Of a stretch of DNA of 64,000 nucleotides, positions 52,284 to 64,000 are shown one piece after another; the first letter of the stretch is position 1, and each line of letters begins with the position of its first letter. Where the stretch lies: contig CBFDEM010000017.1 in the NCBI GenBank assembly GCA_965603825.1, positions 494,786-558,785 on the forward strand. Direction: 5' to 3'. Under the pieces are notes generated by a model. It saw only the letters and a program-made list of their open reading frames with translations, had not been told where the DNA came from and made no database searches. The stretch comes from Blepharisma stoltei ATCC 30299 (Eukaryota; Protista; Ciliophora). A program made the translations under genes and the position numbers.

Positions 52284-55200
52284 ATGCCAAAGACCTTTAG
52301 GCCAATCGAAAATGATGTCAAGGACCTCCACACCTTTCTTTCTCAGTCACTTTTTTCAAGCAAATTTAAGAACTACTTTTATGGATTTTTCTGTCAGCTT
52401 TTTAAAGTAAAGTACAATAGAAAAATAAAGCCAAGTGTCCAGTTCAGCTACGAAATATTAACCAATTTCGTTTTCACACTTCAGGTAATATCATTAGCTT
52501 GATATCCAAACATGAGTGTGAGTGGCTGAAGCTCATACATATTCATATGACAACTAATGGGGTGGGCAAGCTATGATAGTGTTTGTGCAAATTTAGGGAT
52601 TATGGATTATTGCTTTTATGGGACAGTTTCTCTATTAGGCATGTGCTTAGTATCATTCTCAGTTTTTGGTTTTTATATTTACATTAAAAAAGACCCTCCA
52701 ATTTATATATCAATTTGGCCTCGCAAAATTGCTACGCTACTCACAACAGTGTGCTTGATTCCTAGTACAATGATTTTATTAATGATAGGAAAATATTCAA
52801 TAATAAGCACCAAAACGATAGAGGAATATGATGGGTTGACTTCCTCTATTCTCGATTTTGGCTTTCAAGGAGCTTTTCTTTCAATCATTGGACTTGCAGT
52901 TTTGATTTCAATTAATTTATATTGTGAGTATTTTTCTTGCGATATTCAGCATTCTCACCCAGAAAAAAATTTAAAATCCAGATCATATTCTCTTATAGAC
53001 GTGCAAAAAAGACTTTTTTACATCCTCACTTGTATTTCATTCGTGACTTTTGTAAATGCAAAAGCAATTATTCATCAATCAATCTTATTTTGTTTTTCAC
53101 TGTCTTTGAGCTATAAATCAATTACAGTTTTGCATTATTTTAATGAGCTTGAAAATATAATTGAAACATGCAAGCAAAGTGTAATTTCTTTTACAATTCT
53201 ATTTTTTATTTTTGGAGAGCTCTTGGACAGTGCTTCAATTGTAATAGTTTTTACAATTTTCCTGCAGCCGATTATTTTTCTTCTGACAATGAGGCTAGTT
53301 AGACGTAATTATGCAAAGCTAAAAGACAGCAAAGAGTGTCCAAAAAATCAATTTGAGTTCGAAAGAAAATTCAGACATTTATTAACCGATAAAGATAATG
53401 AAGATAAATTTTGGATATTAGATTTATTTAAGACTTTTTGAAAAGCGAATAAATTTCAAAAAGACAAGCTTTTTGTGATATGGGAATTTAACTATTGTCT
53501 TTCAATAGTTAAAGACGAAAGATTAGCCAGGGTAAAATTGTCGAAAATTGGGAATGCAAAAACTTCGTTTGAAGGAGAAATCCAAGAATGGAGGCTTTTT
53601 ATGTGACTTGTTAAGAAGAAATGCAAAACTTTTCCTGAAACAAGCTATTTAGAGTTTTTAAAAGAGTTCAGCAGAATTAGAATCCAAGATGAAGAACTTT
53701 GCTATTTGCTGATAGAACTTCAGGCAGAGGCGTCTCTAAAAGCCCCAAGAATTGATAAAATTATAAACTTGGCAAAAAGAACAACGAATTATTTAATAAG
53801 CCTTTCCGAAGATTTTAAAAACTTGTGTGACAAATATAAGAATGTCGAAGGCTATGAATTATATGGAAGCTTTTTAGAGAATATATCAAGTAATCGTGAA
53901 GAAGCAGAAAAAATGATCAGGAAGAAAAACGGACTTGAAAATTATAATAAGCAGAATAATACTAAAAAATTAGAAGACTATGGAAAAGATGTGCCTATTA
54001 TATTGGTATCTTGCTCTGATAATAATATTATGTATATCAATGAAAAAGCTTCACTATTGTTTAAAACTTCAATTGGAAATATACTTGGCACTTCACTTTT
54101 GAATTTTATTCCTCAACCTTTCGATGTTTGTCACATGACAAATATTAAAGATTTTGTGTTAGACAGCAGCACGATTGAGCTTCCGTCGCACAAACATTTA
54201 TTTTTCAAAAATGTTCAAGGATATTTATTTGAGTGCAATTTTTTAATTAAATTGACAGCATTTCACAACTGTGCATATTTTTTGATTTCTTTTGAGCAAA
54301 GGAAAGCAACACGTGAAATTGCATTAATTTCAGACGATGGGTTTATTATGGGACATTCAGAGCTTTTCCCCTTCTATATTGGCTCTGAATCAAAATTCTT
54401 AATAGGCAAAACCCTATCATCTGTAGTCCCTATTTTAGACATAGATAAAATGAGAGAATTTGAGCCCTGGCTAATGTCTTTTAACAGCGGCCAAATTGCT
54501 TTTATTAATGCAAAAAAAGAAATAAACTCCACCATAATCCGTAATTTAATGATTCTTCATGACGATCAAGAAATAAAAAACTGAAAAGAAGGAATTTATC
54601 ATGACCAATCTATGCATTTTGCAGATCAAGACATAACTTTTGACTTCGATAAATCTCAAATAGAAGAAGAAAGCAGAAAAAGCATCCAAGTCCAATTTCT
54701 CTCAGTCAGCAATATATCACTTTTGCCAAAGCCTTCATTTGAAACAGAAGTTTATACTAATGAAGAATTCGGGATTAAAGATATGAGTACCAGGAGGCAA
54801 AACGAGCCTTCTCCAAGAAATGAAGACAAAAAATCGGGGACTGAAGATTTTTCAAAATCTTCAGTTGGCTCAAAATTTTCAAAACAAGCTCAAAATCTCC
54901 TTTCAGAATCAAAAAGAAAAATTAGGATCCTAGAAATTGTGCTTTTTATAGTGGTAAGAATAAATTAGATGTCATCTGTTATAGTAGTTGTTGGTGCCAT
55001 TCTGGGGTATATGATCACTGACATATCATATACAATGTCTTTAAGCTCTTTCAAAAATTTAGGACAGCTGTTATATAATCTTGGGCTATCCGCAGATTAT
55101 GCAAGGCTTATTGATAATTTAAAGAAGACAAGCGAGACTAATGAACAGCTAAATAGTGCAATTACAGATTTTCAAATTTTAATATCAGACTTAGAATCTA

Positions 55201-56498
55201 TCCAAGGAACAATTTTTAAAGATTTTGACCAATGAAACTATTGCTCAGTCTCAAAAATTGTTACGAATCCTTTGATTCCTTTAATCTATTTTGATGCTTT
55301 TGATCCAACTGTAAAATATTCAAATTTATATGACGCTATATCAGAACTCATTTTAAATGTATTTTTTATTCAGTGTAAAGGCATGGCTAGTGCCATCTCA
55401 GATAATGATCCCTACCTAAAATATATCAGATTTGTATTAGTTAATGGTGCAGGACATCTTTTTGAAAGCACAAATTCCACAATGAATGGGATTGTGGATT
55501 GCGAAATAGAAAGAGTAAAAAAAACTGGCATGTATATAAATGCTCTCTTAATATTTGGATTCTTCGCACTTGGGGTTCTGGTTCTGGTTATTATAGGATA
55601 TATAATTTTTGTATCACGAAAGCAGGACGAATTTTGGAATTTTATTTTAAATAATGCGCAATGGGCACTTGCTAAACTGAAGAGTTCGGCAGTAGACAGG
55701 CTGGTCCTCGTTCATGGAGTTGATTATAGTTCAGATTTAAATATGGAAATATCAGGAAATCGATTAAAAAGAAAAGTGAAAACTTCTGTTTATATGCAAT
55801 ATAGTTGAAGACTTATGGTTTTTTTCATAATTGCTGCTTCTTACTACATTTTAATTTCATTATACTTATATCCAAAATGCGAAGATTTAATGATAAACCG
55901 TCCAAAGCTCCTTAGCAACTTTAATATAAGGCGTTCCACTCTTAGAAGATTATCAATGCTTTCTAGAGAAACTTTTACCCATTACTTTCAAAAAAAAGTT
56001 CCCCAATATTTTCAATATTCAAATGCATGAACAAGTGTTAATAGGGCATCAACTATTTTAAGATTAAAAAACAAAGAACTCAGAGAAAGTGGCTTAAAAA
56101 AATTAATGTCAAAAGAATTAAGAGAAAGAATCTATAATAAGGTAGATTCCGATAAAAGTATCCTTGATTATGGGACAGAAGCTGCAATAAATGTCATAAT
56201 TGGCGATTGTGAAAATCAGGGATATAATGAATTTAATCCTTCATCAAAGATACTTGCAATACTTGCTGAAGTAGTAGCAATTCAAAAAGAAATAAGCCAA
56301 GAGTTTCTATTAGCAGATCGTGACTCAAAAAATCTTATAAACAATGAGCTAGATTCAATAATAAATGCAGCAGTAGCATACTCAATCGCACTCATTATAT
56401 TATATACTTTCTATTATTTACCATATTTTAATTGGCAGATCAAGCAGCTTAATAGGTTCTTGATTTTACCAGAAATTTTACCAATGGATTCAGAATAA
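52284..56498 (+). CDS. R11: PAS/TmcB-like polytopic membrane protein (~1394 aa), subfamily C; introns 54954-54968 and 55359-55373
   Basis: Single frame. Introns gtaagaataaattag and gtattttttattcag. PAS IPQPFDVCH. TAA stop. Confidence 0.92.
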
Positions 56499-56912
56499 TA
56501 TGCTCGGTAGTGGGAAATATAAATAAAATATTTTAATAAATATCAATAAATAAAAAAATTAATTAATAAATTTGATCGAGAATCACCTAGAAGCCTGAAG
56601 CGAGATTTTGCTATTCTCAAAGTAGGCATCATAAAAATTTAAAAAAATTGATTTTCATCTTATTTGCTCTTAAAAACTTAATTTTTTTATAATTCTAATT
56701 CTATCAGTTTTTTAATTTATCCCTATTATATACTAATTCTGTAACTAATTTTCAGGTAGTATTTTTGATTTTAAAATTCAAATTCTAATATGAATTATAA
56801 TATGAAATTTATTAAATTATTCTGAAGATTAAGCTATTCGTCAGTAATTCTGGAATTTTCCACAATTTCTGTTTGATTTAAAGTTTATAAAGCATATTTC
56901 TGTTACTAATAA

Positions 56913-59900
56913 ATGCCAAATAATTCTCAATCAAAAAAGAATGAGGTAAAGGATTTTCAAAGTTTTTTTGCTCGATCATTATTTTCAAGCAGCTTTAAGA
57001 ATTACTTTTATGGATTTTTCGGCCAGCTTTTTAAAGTGGGGTATAACAGAAAAACAAAGAAAAATACTCAGCTCGGTTATGAAATTTTTATCAATACCGT
57101 TTTCGCACTTCAGGTAGTATCACTAGCGTGATATCCAAATATGAACGTGAATAATTGAACTTCATATAAGATCCTCTGACAATTAATGGGATGGGCAAGT
57201 TATGACAGCATTTGTGCAAATTTCGGGATAATGAATTTTTGCTTTTATGGAACAATTTCTCTACTTGGAATATGTCTCATATCGTTTACAATTTTTGGAT
57301 TTTATATATATATTAACAAAGATCCGCCAGTTTATATATCATTTTGACCCCGCAAAATTGCTAAACTACTTACAACATTTTGCTTAATTCCAAGTACCTT
57401 GATTTTATTAGTGGTAGCAAAATACTCATTAATTGATGCTGAAAAAATCGATGAATATGGCGGTTTACCTTCTTCTATGCTTGATTTTAACCTTCCAGGA
57501 TTTTTTGTTTCGGTTTTGGGGATAGTAGTTTTGTTCTCAATTAACATATACTCAGAATATTTTTCATGTGACATTAAGCACTTTCAACCTAAAAAAAATA
57601 TAAAATCAAGATCATGCTCTCTTTTAGACTTTCAAATAAGGCTTTTCTATATTCTGACTTGTGTTTCATTTGTGGTTTTTGTAAATCAAGCAGTTTTGAT
57701 CCATCAATCAGTTTTGCTTTCTTATTCTCTTTTTATAGGCTACAAATCGTTTTATGTTTTGCAGTACTTTAATATTCTAGAGAATATAATAATAGCTTGT
57801 AAGCTTAGCATGATTTGTTCAACACTATTGTTCTTTATTCTGGGAGAGCTCTTAGACAGTGCTTCAATTATTATTGCATTAACAATTTTTCTGCAGCCAG
57901 CCTTATTTTTATTAGTAATTAAGCTGGTGAGAAGGAATTATGCAAGGCTTAAAAATAATGCAGCGAGCCTGAATAACCAGTTCGAATTTGAAAAAAAATT
58001 CAGACACCTTTTAATTGATGAGGATTATGAGAATAAGTTTGGAGTTCTGGATTTATTTAAAACTTACTGAAAAAGACATAATTTCTATAAAGATAAGCTA
58101 TTTGCTATATGGGAATTTAACTATTGTCTTTCAATAATAAAAGATGAAAGATTAGCAAGGGTAAAATTGTCGAAAATCGCTAATTTGCAAACTTCATTTG
58201 AAGGAGAAATCCAAGAATGGAGGCTTTTTGCATGACTTGTTAAGAGGAAATGCAAAGCTTTTCCTGAAACAAGCTATTTAGAGTTTTTAAAAGAGTTCAG
58301 CAGAATTAGAGCCCAAGACGAAGAACTTTGCTATGTGCTGATAGAGTTTCAGGCAGAGGCATCTCTAAAAGCTCCAAGAATTGATAAAATTATAAACTAC
58401 TCGGAAAGAACAGCGAATTATATAAAAATCCTTTCCGAAGATTATAAAAACTTGTGTGACAAATATAAAAATGTTGAAGGCTTTGAAATATATGGGAGCT
58501 TTCTGGAGAATATCACAAATAATCATGAGGAAGCAGGATTAATCAATAGGAAAAATAAAGGGCTCGATTATTACAATAAGCATAATGAAGCAAAAAATTT
58601 AGAAAACTATGGAAAAGATGTGCCGATATTATTGGTATCTTGCTCTGATAATAATATTATGTACCTCAACGAGAAAGCTTCTCTGATACTAAAAACTTCT
58701 ATAGGAAATATAATTGGCACTTCATTGCTGAATTTTATTCCTAAACCTTTTGATGCTTACCACACATCAACAATTAAAGAATTTGTGTTTAATAGTAGCA
58801 CAGTTGAACTATCATCGCATAAAAATTTATGTTTCCAAAATGTACAAGGATACTTAATAGAGTGCAATTTTCTAATTAAATTGGCAGCATTTCACAACTC
58901 TGCATATTTCTTAATTACTTTTGAGCAAAGAAAAACTGCACGCGAAATTGCGATTATCTCAGATGATGGATTTATTTTAGGACATTCTGAGCTTTTCCAT
59001 TCATATATTGGTTCTACGTTAAAAAACTTAAAAGGTCAAAACATATCAAGTGCAGTTCCTTCTTTAGAAATAACAAAAATGAAAGACTATGAGCCCTGGA
59101 TAATACCTTTTAATGATAAAGAGATTGCTTTTATTAAATCACAAAAGCATATAAAGTCCAAGATAATAAATGAATTTAAAATCATTCATGACGATTTAGA
59201 AGTAAAAAACTGAAAAGAAGGACTCGATAATGATCAATTAAAGCAATTGGCTAATTTCGAAATAGAAAAATCTCAAATTGAAGAAAACGACTGAAGGGGC
59301 GTTCAAGCTCAATTTCTTTCAGCTAGTAATGCTCCTCTCTTACCAAGGTCCTCAGCTGAAACAGAAGTTTGCAACAATGAAGAATTCCAAGTAAAAGAGA
59401 TTCCTCCGAAGCGTAATGAAGACAAAAAATCAGGTACTGAAGATTATTCAAAATCATCAGCAAGCTCAAAATTTTCTAATAAAGCTAAAAGCCTACTTTC
59501 AGATACAAAAAGAAAAATCAGAATCCTCCAAGTCACGCTATTCCTCGTGGTAAGAAACATTTAGGTATCTTCAGTAGTTGTGATAGTTTCCGCCATTTTG
59601 GGCTATATGATCACTGATGTGTCATATACGACATCTCTAAGCTCTTTCAAAAACCTAAGCGATCTTTTATATGATCTTGGGCTAGCTGCAGATTCAGCAA
59701 GGCTTATAGATCTTAGTAAGCTAACAAACGCATCTGATGAACAAATAAATAGCTATATTGCTGGTCTAGAAAAAATAATATTAGACTTAGAAGCTATCCA
59801 AGGCACTATTTTAGAAGATCTCAGCCAGTGAAGCTACTGCTCAAGCTCAGAAATTGTGTTAAATGCTATTATCCCTTTACTATATTTTGATACTTATAAT

Positions 59901-61094
59901 CCAAGCGTAAAATATTCAAATTTATATGATTCGATATCAGAAATTATTTTTAATGTAATTTTTAAGCAGTGCAAAGGCATGATCAAAGCCATTTCAGAAA
60001 ATGAATCGTATCTCAAATATATTAGATTTATTCAAACCAATAGTGCAGGATATCTTTATGATCGTGCAAATTCAACAATGGACTGGATTTCTGATTGCGA
60101 AATAAAAAGGATAAAAAATACTGGTACATATATAAATTTCCTTTTAATTTCTGGATTTTTCGCACTTGGGATGCTGGTCTTAGTTGTTGTTGGCTATATC
60201 TTTCTGGTATCACGAAAATATGATGAATTTTGGGGTTTTATTTTGAATACTGCGCAATCAGCATTGGCTAAACTTAAGAGCTCAGCTATAGATAGGCTGA
60301 TGCTTATTCATGGAATTGATTATAACTCAGAATTAAATATGCATATTTCAGGAAATCAAAAAAAAAGAAAAGTAAGGACTACTTTTTATTTGCAATACAT
60401 CTCGAGAATTATGATTTTTTTCGTTGTTGCTGCTTCTTATTATTTTTTGATTTCCCTCTATCTTTACCCAGATTGTGAAGATTTAATGGTTAATCGTCAA
60501 AAGCTTCTTAGTAACTTTAATATGAGACGATCAAATATCAGATGACTCTCAATGTTTTCTCGAGAAGCCAATTCTCATTATTTCGAAAAAAATTCTCCTC
60601 AATATATTCAATTTCCCAATGCTTGGACGAGAATGAATACAGCCTCAGGCATTTTAAAACTGAAAAACAAAGAACTCAGAGAAAATGGATTAAAAAATTT
60701 AATGTCACAAGAATTGAGGGAAAATATCTATCGGAAGGTAGATTCTAGCCATGCAATTTTAAACTACGGCACAGATGCAGCAATTAATTCAATTATAGAA
60801 GATTGTGAAACTAAGGGAATTTATCAAGTTTTGACTAGCACAAATGTCATCTCAATGCTTGCAGATATAGTAGAAATCCAAGACGAAATAAGCCGAGAGT
60901 TCTTATTGGCAAATCGTGACTCAAGAATTCTTATACATGATAAGTTAGATTCTATTATAAATACAACAGTAGCGTATACTATAGCACTATTTATGCTATA
61001 TTTTTGCTATTATTTACAATATTTGAACAGGCAAATTAAGTATCTTAATCGATTCTCAATTCTTCCAGAAATCCTGCCAATGGATCTGGAATAG
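56913..61094 (+). CDS. R12: PAS/TmcB-like polytopic membrane protein (~1383 aa), subfamily C; introns 59550-59564 and 59955-59969
   Basis: Single frame. Introns gtaagaaacatttag and gtaatttttaagcag. PAS IPKPFDAYH. TAG stop. Last intact gene before the telomere. Confidence 0.92.
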
Positions 61095-61129
61095 TGATAG
61101 AGTAGTTATGATATTAAAATATGTAGGAA

Positions 61130-61790
61130 TGCAGATTAAGGATTTTATTTGATTATGATAAATAATGGCATTTTATTATCCAAATAAGTTAAATAAGAAA
61201 TTTAAATATTCAGGTCCTTCAATTCTTAGTTAGGAACTTGAACTGAATTTATTTATGTGCCGCTAGTCTAATTTTTTTATAGATAATAATTCAAAAATTC
61301 TTAAGGCTATGAAAATTTCTGAGGTTGATAATGGTGATTTCTTAGGGAGACATTTCGTAAAATATCCAGTAGTATATCTTTCATTTGAAAATATGATTGG
61401 AAACGATAATATATACTAATTTAATATTGGCAATCAAAAAACTTTTCAATTCTTATTCAACAATATGGTGCTTACAAAAAGTGGCAGAAGGTAATAAGTC
61501 CATATGATTATCATAGATAATAGCAGGCTTTAATAAGCAATTCTAGAAAATTTTTCAGAACTTACCCAAAATAGTGATATAAGTAAATTAGTTATTTCAA
61601 ATGCAATCAATTTAAACTTTTATGCATATGGATGTCAGAATATTTTTCAAATATTAGCTATTTCATTGAGAAACTGAGTTCATTATAATTTATATAAAGC
61701 TTTTTTTATTATTATTTTTGATTCAATGTAAATAATATAAATAGTCATGATTACTTTTGTGAAATTTCAGATAAAATGCAAAATGTGCAT
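61130..61790 (+). pseudogene. Decayed AAA-ATPase-like (PF09820-type) gene fragment
   Basis: 61267-61419 reads SNFFIDNNSKILKAMKISEVDNGDFLGRHFVKYPVVYLSFENM, resembling the family motif LFxGLKI...GKYPVIxLSF. Upstream remnants IKDFI and LNLFM. Bounded by stops; extent approximate. Confidence 0.5.
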
Positions 61791-61969
61791 TAGTTTAATT
61801 TATTATTATTTCTGGTGAAATCTATATGAATAATTTATTTAAAATTCAATGCTTGCAACCTATGACTTTAGGAAAATTAAATATTAGCCTAGCTTTAATT
61901 TCCAATAAATTATAAAAATTGGCTTCAATTATTTAAATTCCCGACTTATGAAATAAATATAATTAAATT

Positions 61970-64000
61970 GGGTGTTAGGGTGTTAGGTGTAGGGTGTTAG
62001 GGTGTTAGGGTGTAGGGTGTTAGGGTGTTAGGGTGTTAGGGTGTTAGGGTGTTAGGGTGTTAGGGTGTTAGGGTGTTAGGGTGTTAGGGTGTAGGGTGTT
62101 AGGGTGTTAGGGTGTTAGGGTGTTAGGGTGTTAGGGTGTTAGGGTGTTAGGGTGTTAGGGTGTTAGGGTGTTAGGGTGTTAGGGTGTTAGGGTGTTAGGG
62201 TGTTAGGGTGTTAGGGTGTTAGGGGTGTTAGGGTGTTAGGGTGTTAGGGTGTTAGGGTGTTAGGGTGTTAGGTGTTAGGGGTGTTAGGGTGTTAGGGTGT
62301 TAGGGTGTTAGGGTGTTAGGGTGTTAGGGTGTTAGGGTGTTAGGGTGTTAGGGTGTAGGGTGTTAGGGTGTAGGTGTTAGGGTGTTAGGGTGTTAGGGTG
62401 TAGGGTGTAGGGTGTTAGGGTGTTAGGGTGTTAGGGTGTTAGGGTGTTAGGGGTGTTAGGGTGTTAGGGTGTTAGGTGTTAGGGTGTAGGGTGTTAGGGT
62501 GTTAGGGTGTTAGGGGTGTTAGGGTGTTAGGGTGTTTAGGGTGTTAGGGTGTTAGGGTGTTAGGGTGTTAGGGTGTTAGGGTGTTAGGGTGTTAGGGGTA
62601 GGTGTTAGGGTGTTAGGGTGTTAGGGTGTTAGGGTGTTAGGGTGTTAGGGTGTTAGGGTGTTAGGGTGTTAGGGTGTTAGGGTGTTAGGGTGTTAGGGTG
62701 TTAGGGTGTTAGGGTGTGTTAGGGTGTTAGGGTGTTAGGGTGTTAGGGTGTTAGGGTGTTAGGGTGTTAGGGTGTTAGGGTGTTAGGGTGTTAGGGTGTT
62801 AGGGTGTTAGGGTGTTAGGGTGTTAGGGGTGTTAGGGTGTTAGGGTGTTAGGGTGTTAGGGTGTTAGGGTGTTAGGGTGTTAGGGTGTTAGGGTGTTAGG
62901 GTGTTAGGGTGTTAGGGTGTTAGGGTGTTAGGGTGTTAGGGTGTTAGGGTGTTAGGGTGTTAGGGTGTTAGGGTGTTAGGGTGTTAGGGTGTTAGGTGTT
63001 AGGGTGTTAGGGTGTTAGGGTGTTAGGGTGTTAGGGTGTTAGGGTGTTAGGGGTGTTAGGGTGTTAGGGTGTTAGGGTGTTAGGGTGTTAGGGTGTTAGG
63101 GTGTTAGGGTGTTAGGGTGTTAGGGTGTTAGGGTGTTAGGGTGTTAGGGTGTTAGGGTGTTAGGGTGTTAGGGTGTTAGGGTGTTAGGGTGTTAGGTGTA
63201 GGGGTTAGGGTGTTAGGGTGTTAGGGTGTTAGGGTGTTTAGGGTGTTAGGGTGTTAGGGTGTTAGGGTGTTAGGGTGTTAGGGGTGTTAGGGTGTTAGGG
63301 TGTTAGGGTGTTAGGGGTTAGGGTGTTAGGGTGTTAGGGTGTTAGGGTGTTAGGGTGTTAGGGTGTTAGGGTGTTAGGGTGTTAGGGTGTTAGGGTGTTA
63401 GGGTGTTAGGGGTTTAGGGTGTTAGGGTGTTAGGGTGTTAGGGTGTTAGGGTGTTAGGGTGTTAGGGTGTTAGGGTGTTAGGTGTTAGGTGTTAGGGTGT
63501 TAGGGTTTAGGGTGTTAGGGTGTTAGGGTGTTAGGGTGTAGGGTGTTAGGGTGTTAGGTGTTAGGGTGTTAGGGTGTTAGGGTGTTAGGGTGTTAGGGTG
63601 TTAGGGTGTTAGGGTGTTAGGGTGTTAGGGTGTTAGGGTGTTAGGGTGTTAGGGTGTTAGGGTGTTAGGGTGTTAGGGTGGGTTAGGGTGTAGGGTGTTA
63701 GGGTGTTAGGGTGTTAGGGTGTTAGGGTGTTAGGTGTTAGGGTGTAGGGTGTTAGGGTGTTAGGGGTGGTTAGGGTGTTAGGGTGTTGGTGTAGGGTGTT
63801 AGGGGGTAGGGTGTAGGGTGTTAGGGTGTTAGGGTGTTGGGGTTAGGGTGTTAGGGTGTTAGGGTGTTAGGGTGTTAGGGTGGTTAGGGTGGTTAGGGTG
63901 TTAGGGTGTTAGGGTGTTAGGGTGTTGGGTGTAGGGGGGTGTGGGGGGGTAGGGTGTTAGGGTGTTAGGGGTAGGGTGGGGGTTAGGGTGTTGGGGTGTT
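61970..64000 (+). repeat. Telomeric repeat (TGTTAGGG)n / (CCCTAACA)n, about 2 kb, chromosome end
   Basis: Roughly 250 tandem 8-mers with the G-rich strand running toward the window end. Abrupt junction with AT-rich sequence at ~61970. Scattered 1-nt indel variants increase distally. Confidence 0.98.

Noticed and set aside
194-61094. Interpreting the many short same-strand ORFs as separate small genes/operons, or as pseudogenes with nonsense mutations
   Set aside because: The ORFs of each unit share one frame. The breaks are TGA codons, typically at Trp sites, or TAG acceptors of 15-nt introns.
61970-64000. CRISPR array or satellite
   Set aside because: There are no spacers; it is a pure 8-mer matching the heterotrich telomere repeat at a sequence end.
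63400-64000. Variant telomere repeats as a biological signal
   Set aside because: Irregular homopolymer-type indels rising toward the end fit low-coverage long-read error.

Overview
AT-rich eukaryotic chromosome end, not prokaryotic. Three independent signals point to the macronuclear (somatic) genome of a heterotrich ciliate, most likely Blepharisma. (1) In-frame TGA reads as Trp: it alternates with TGG at homologous Trp sites, while TAA/TAG end the genes. (2) The introns are 15-nt GT-AG introns with an invariant A at position 10. (3) The window ends in about 2 kb of (TGTTAGGG)n = (CCCTAACA)n telomere. The supplied standard-code ORF track therefore fragments the genes. Re-read with UGA=Trp and the tiny introns spliced, the window is a subtelomeric array of 12 paralogs (R1 partial, R2-R12 complete, about 1370-1400 aa each) of one polytopic membrane protein family resembling TmcB-like/ciliate PAS proteins. 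Architecture: N-terminal multi-TM domain, helical region, PAS with an invariant FixL-like P-x-P-x4-H histidine, second degenerate PAS, Ser-rich linker, two TM-bracketed variable loops, and a short tail with no catalytic output domain. Between the genes are decayed copies of the same family, a degenerate non-LTR retrotransposon 3' remnant with a CCHC knuckle, a frameshifted E/K-rich gene remnant, and a decayed AAA-ATPase-like fragment next to the telomere. R10 carries a private third 15-nt intron candidate that would remove an in-frame TAA. All coordinates and alignments were worked out by eye.
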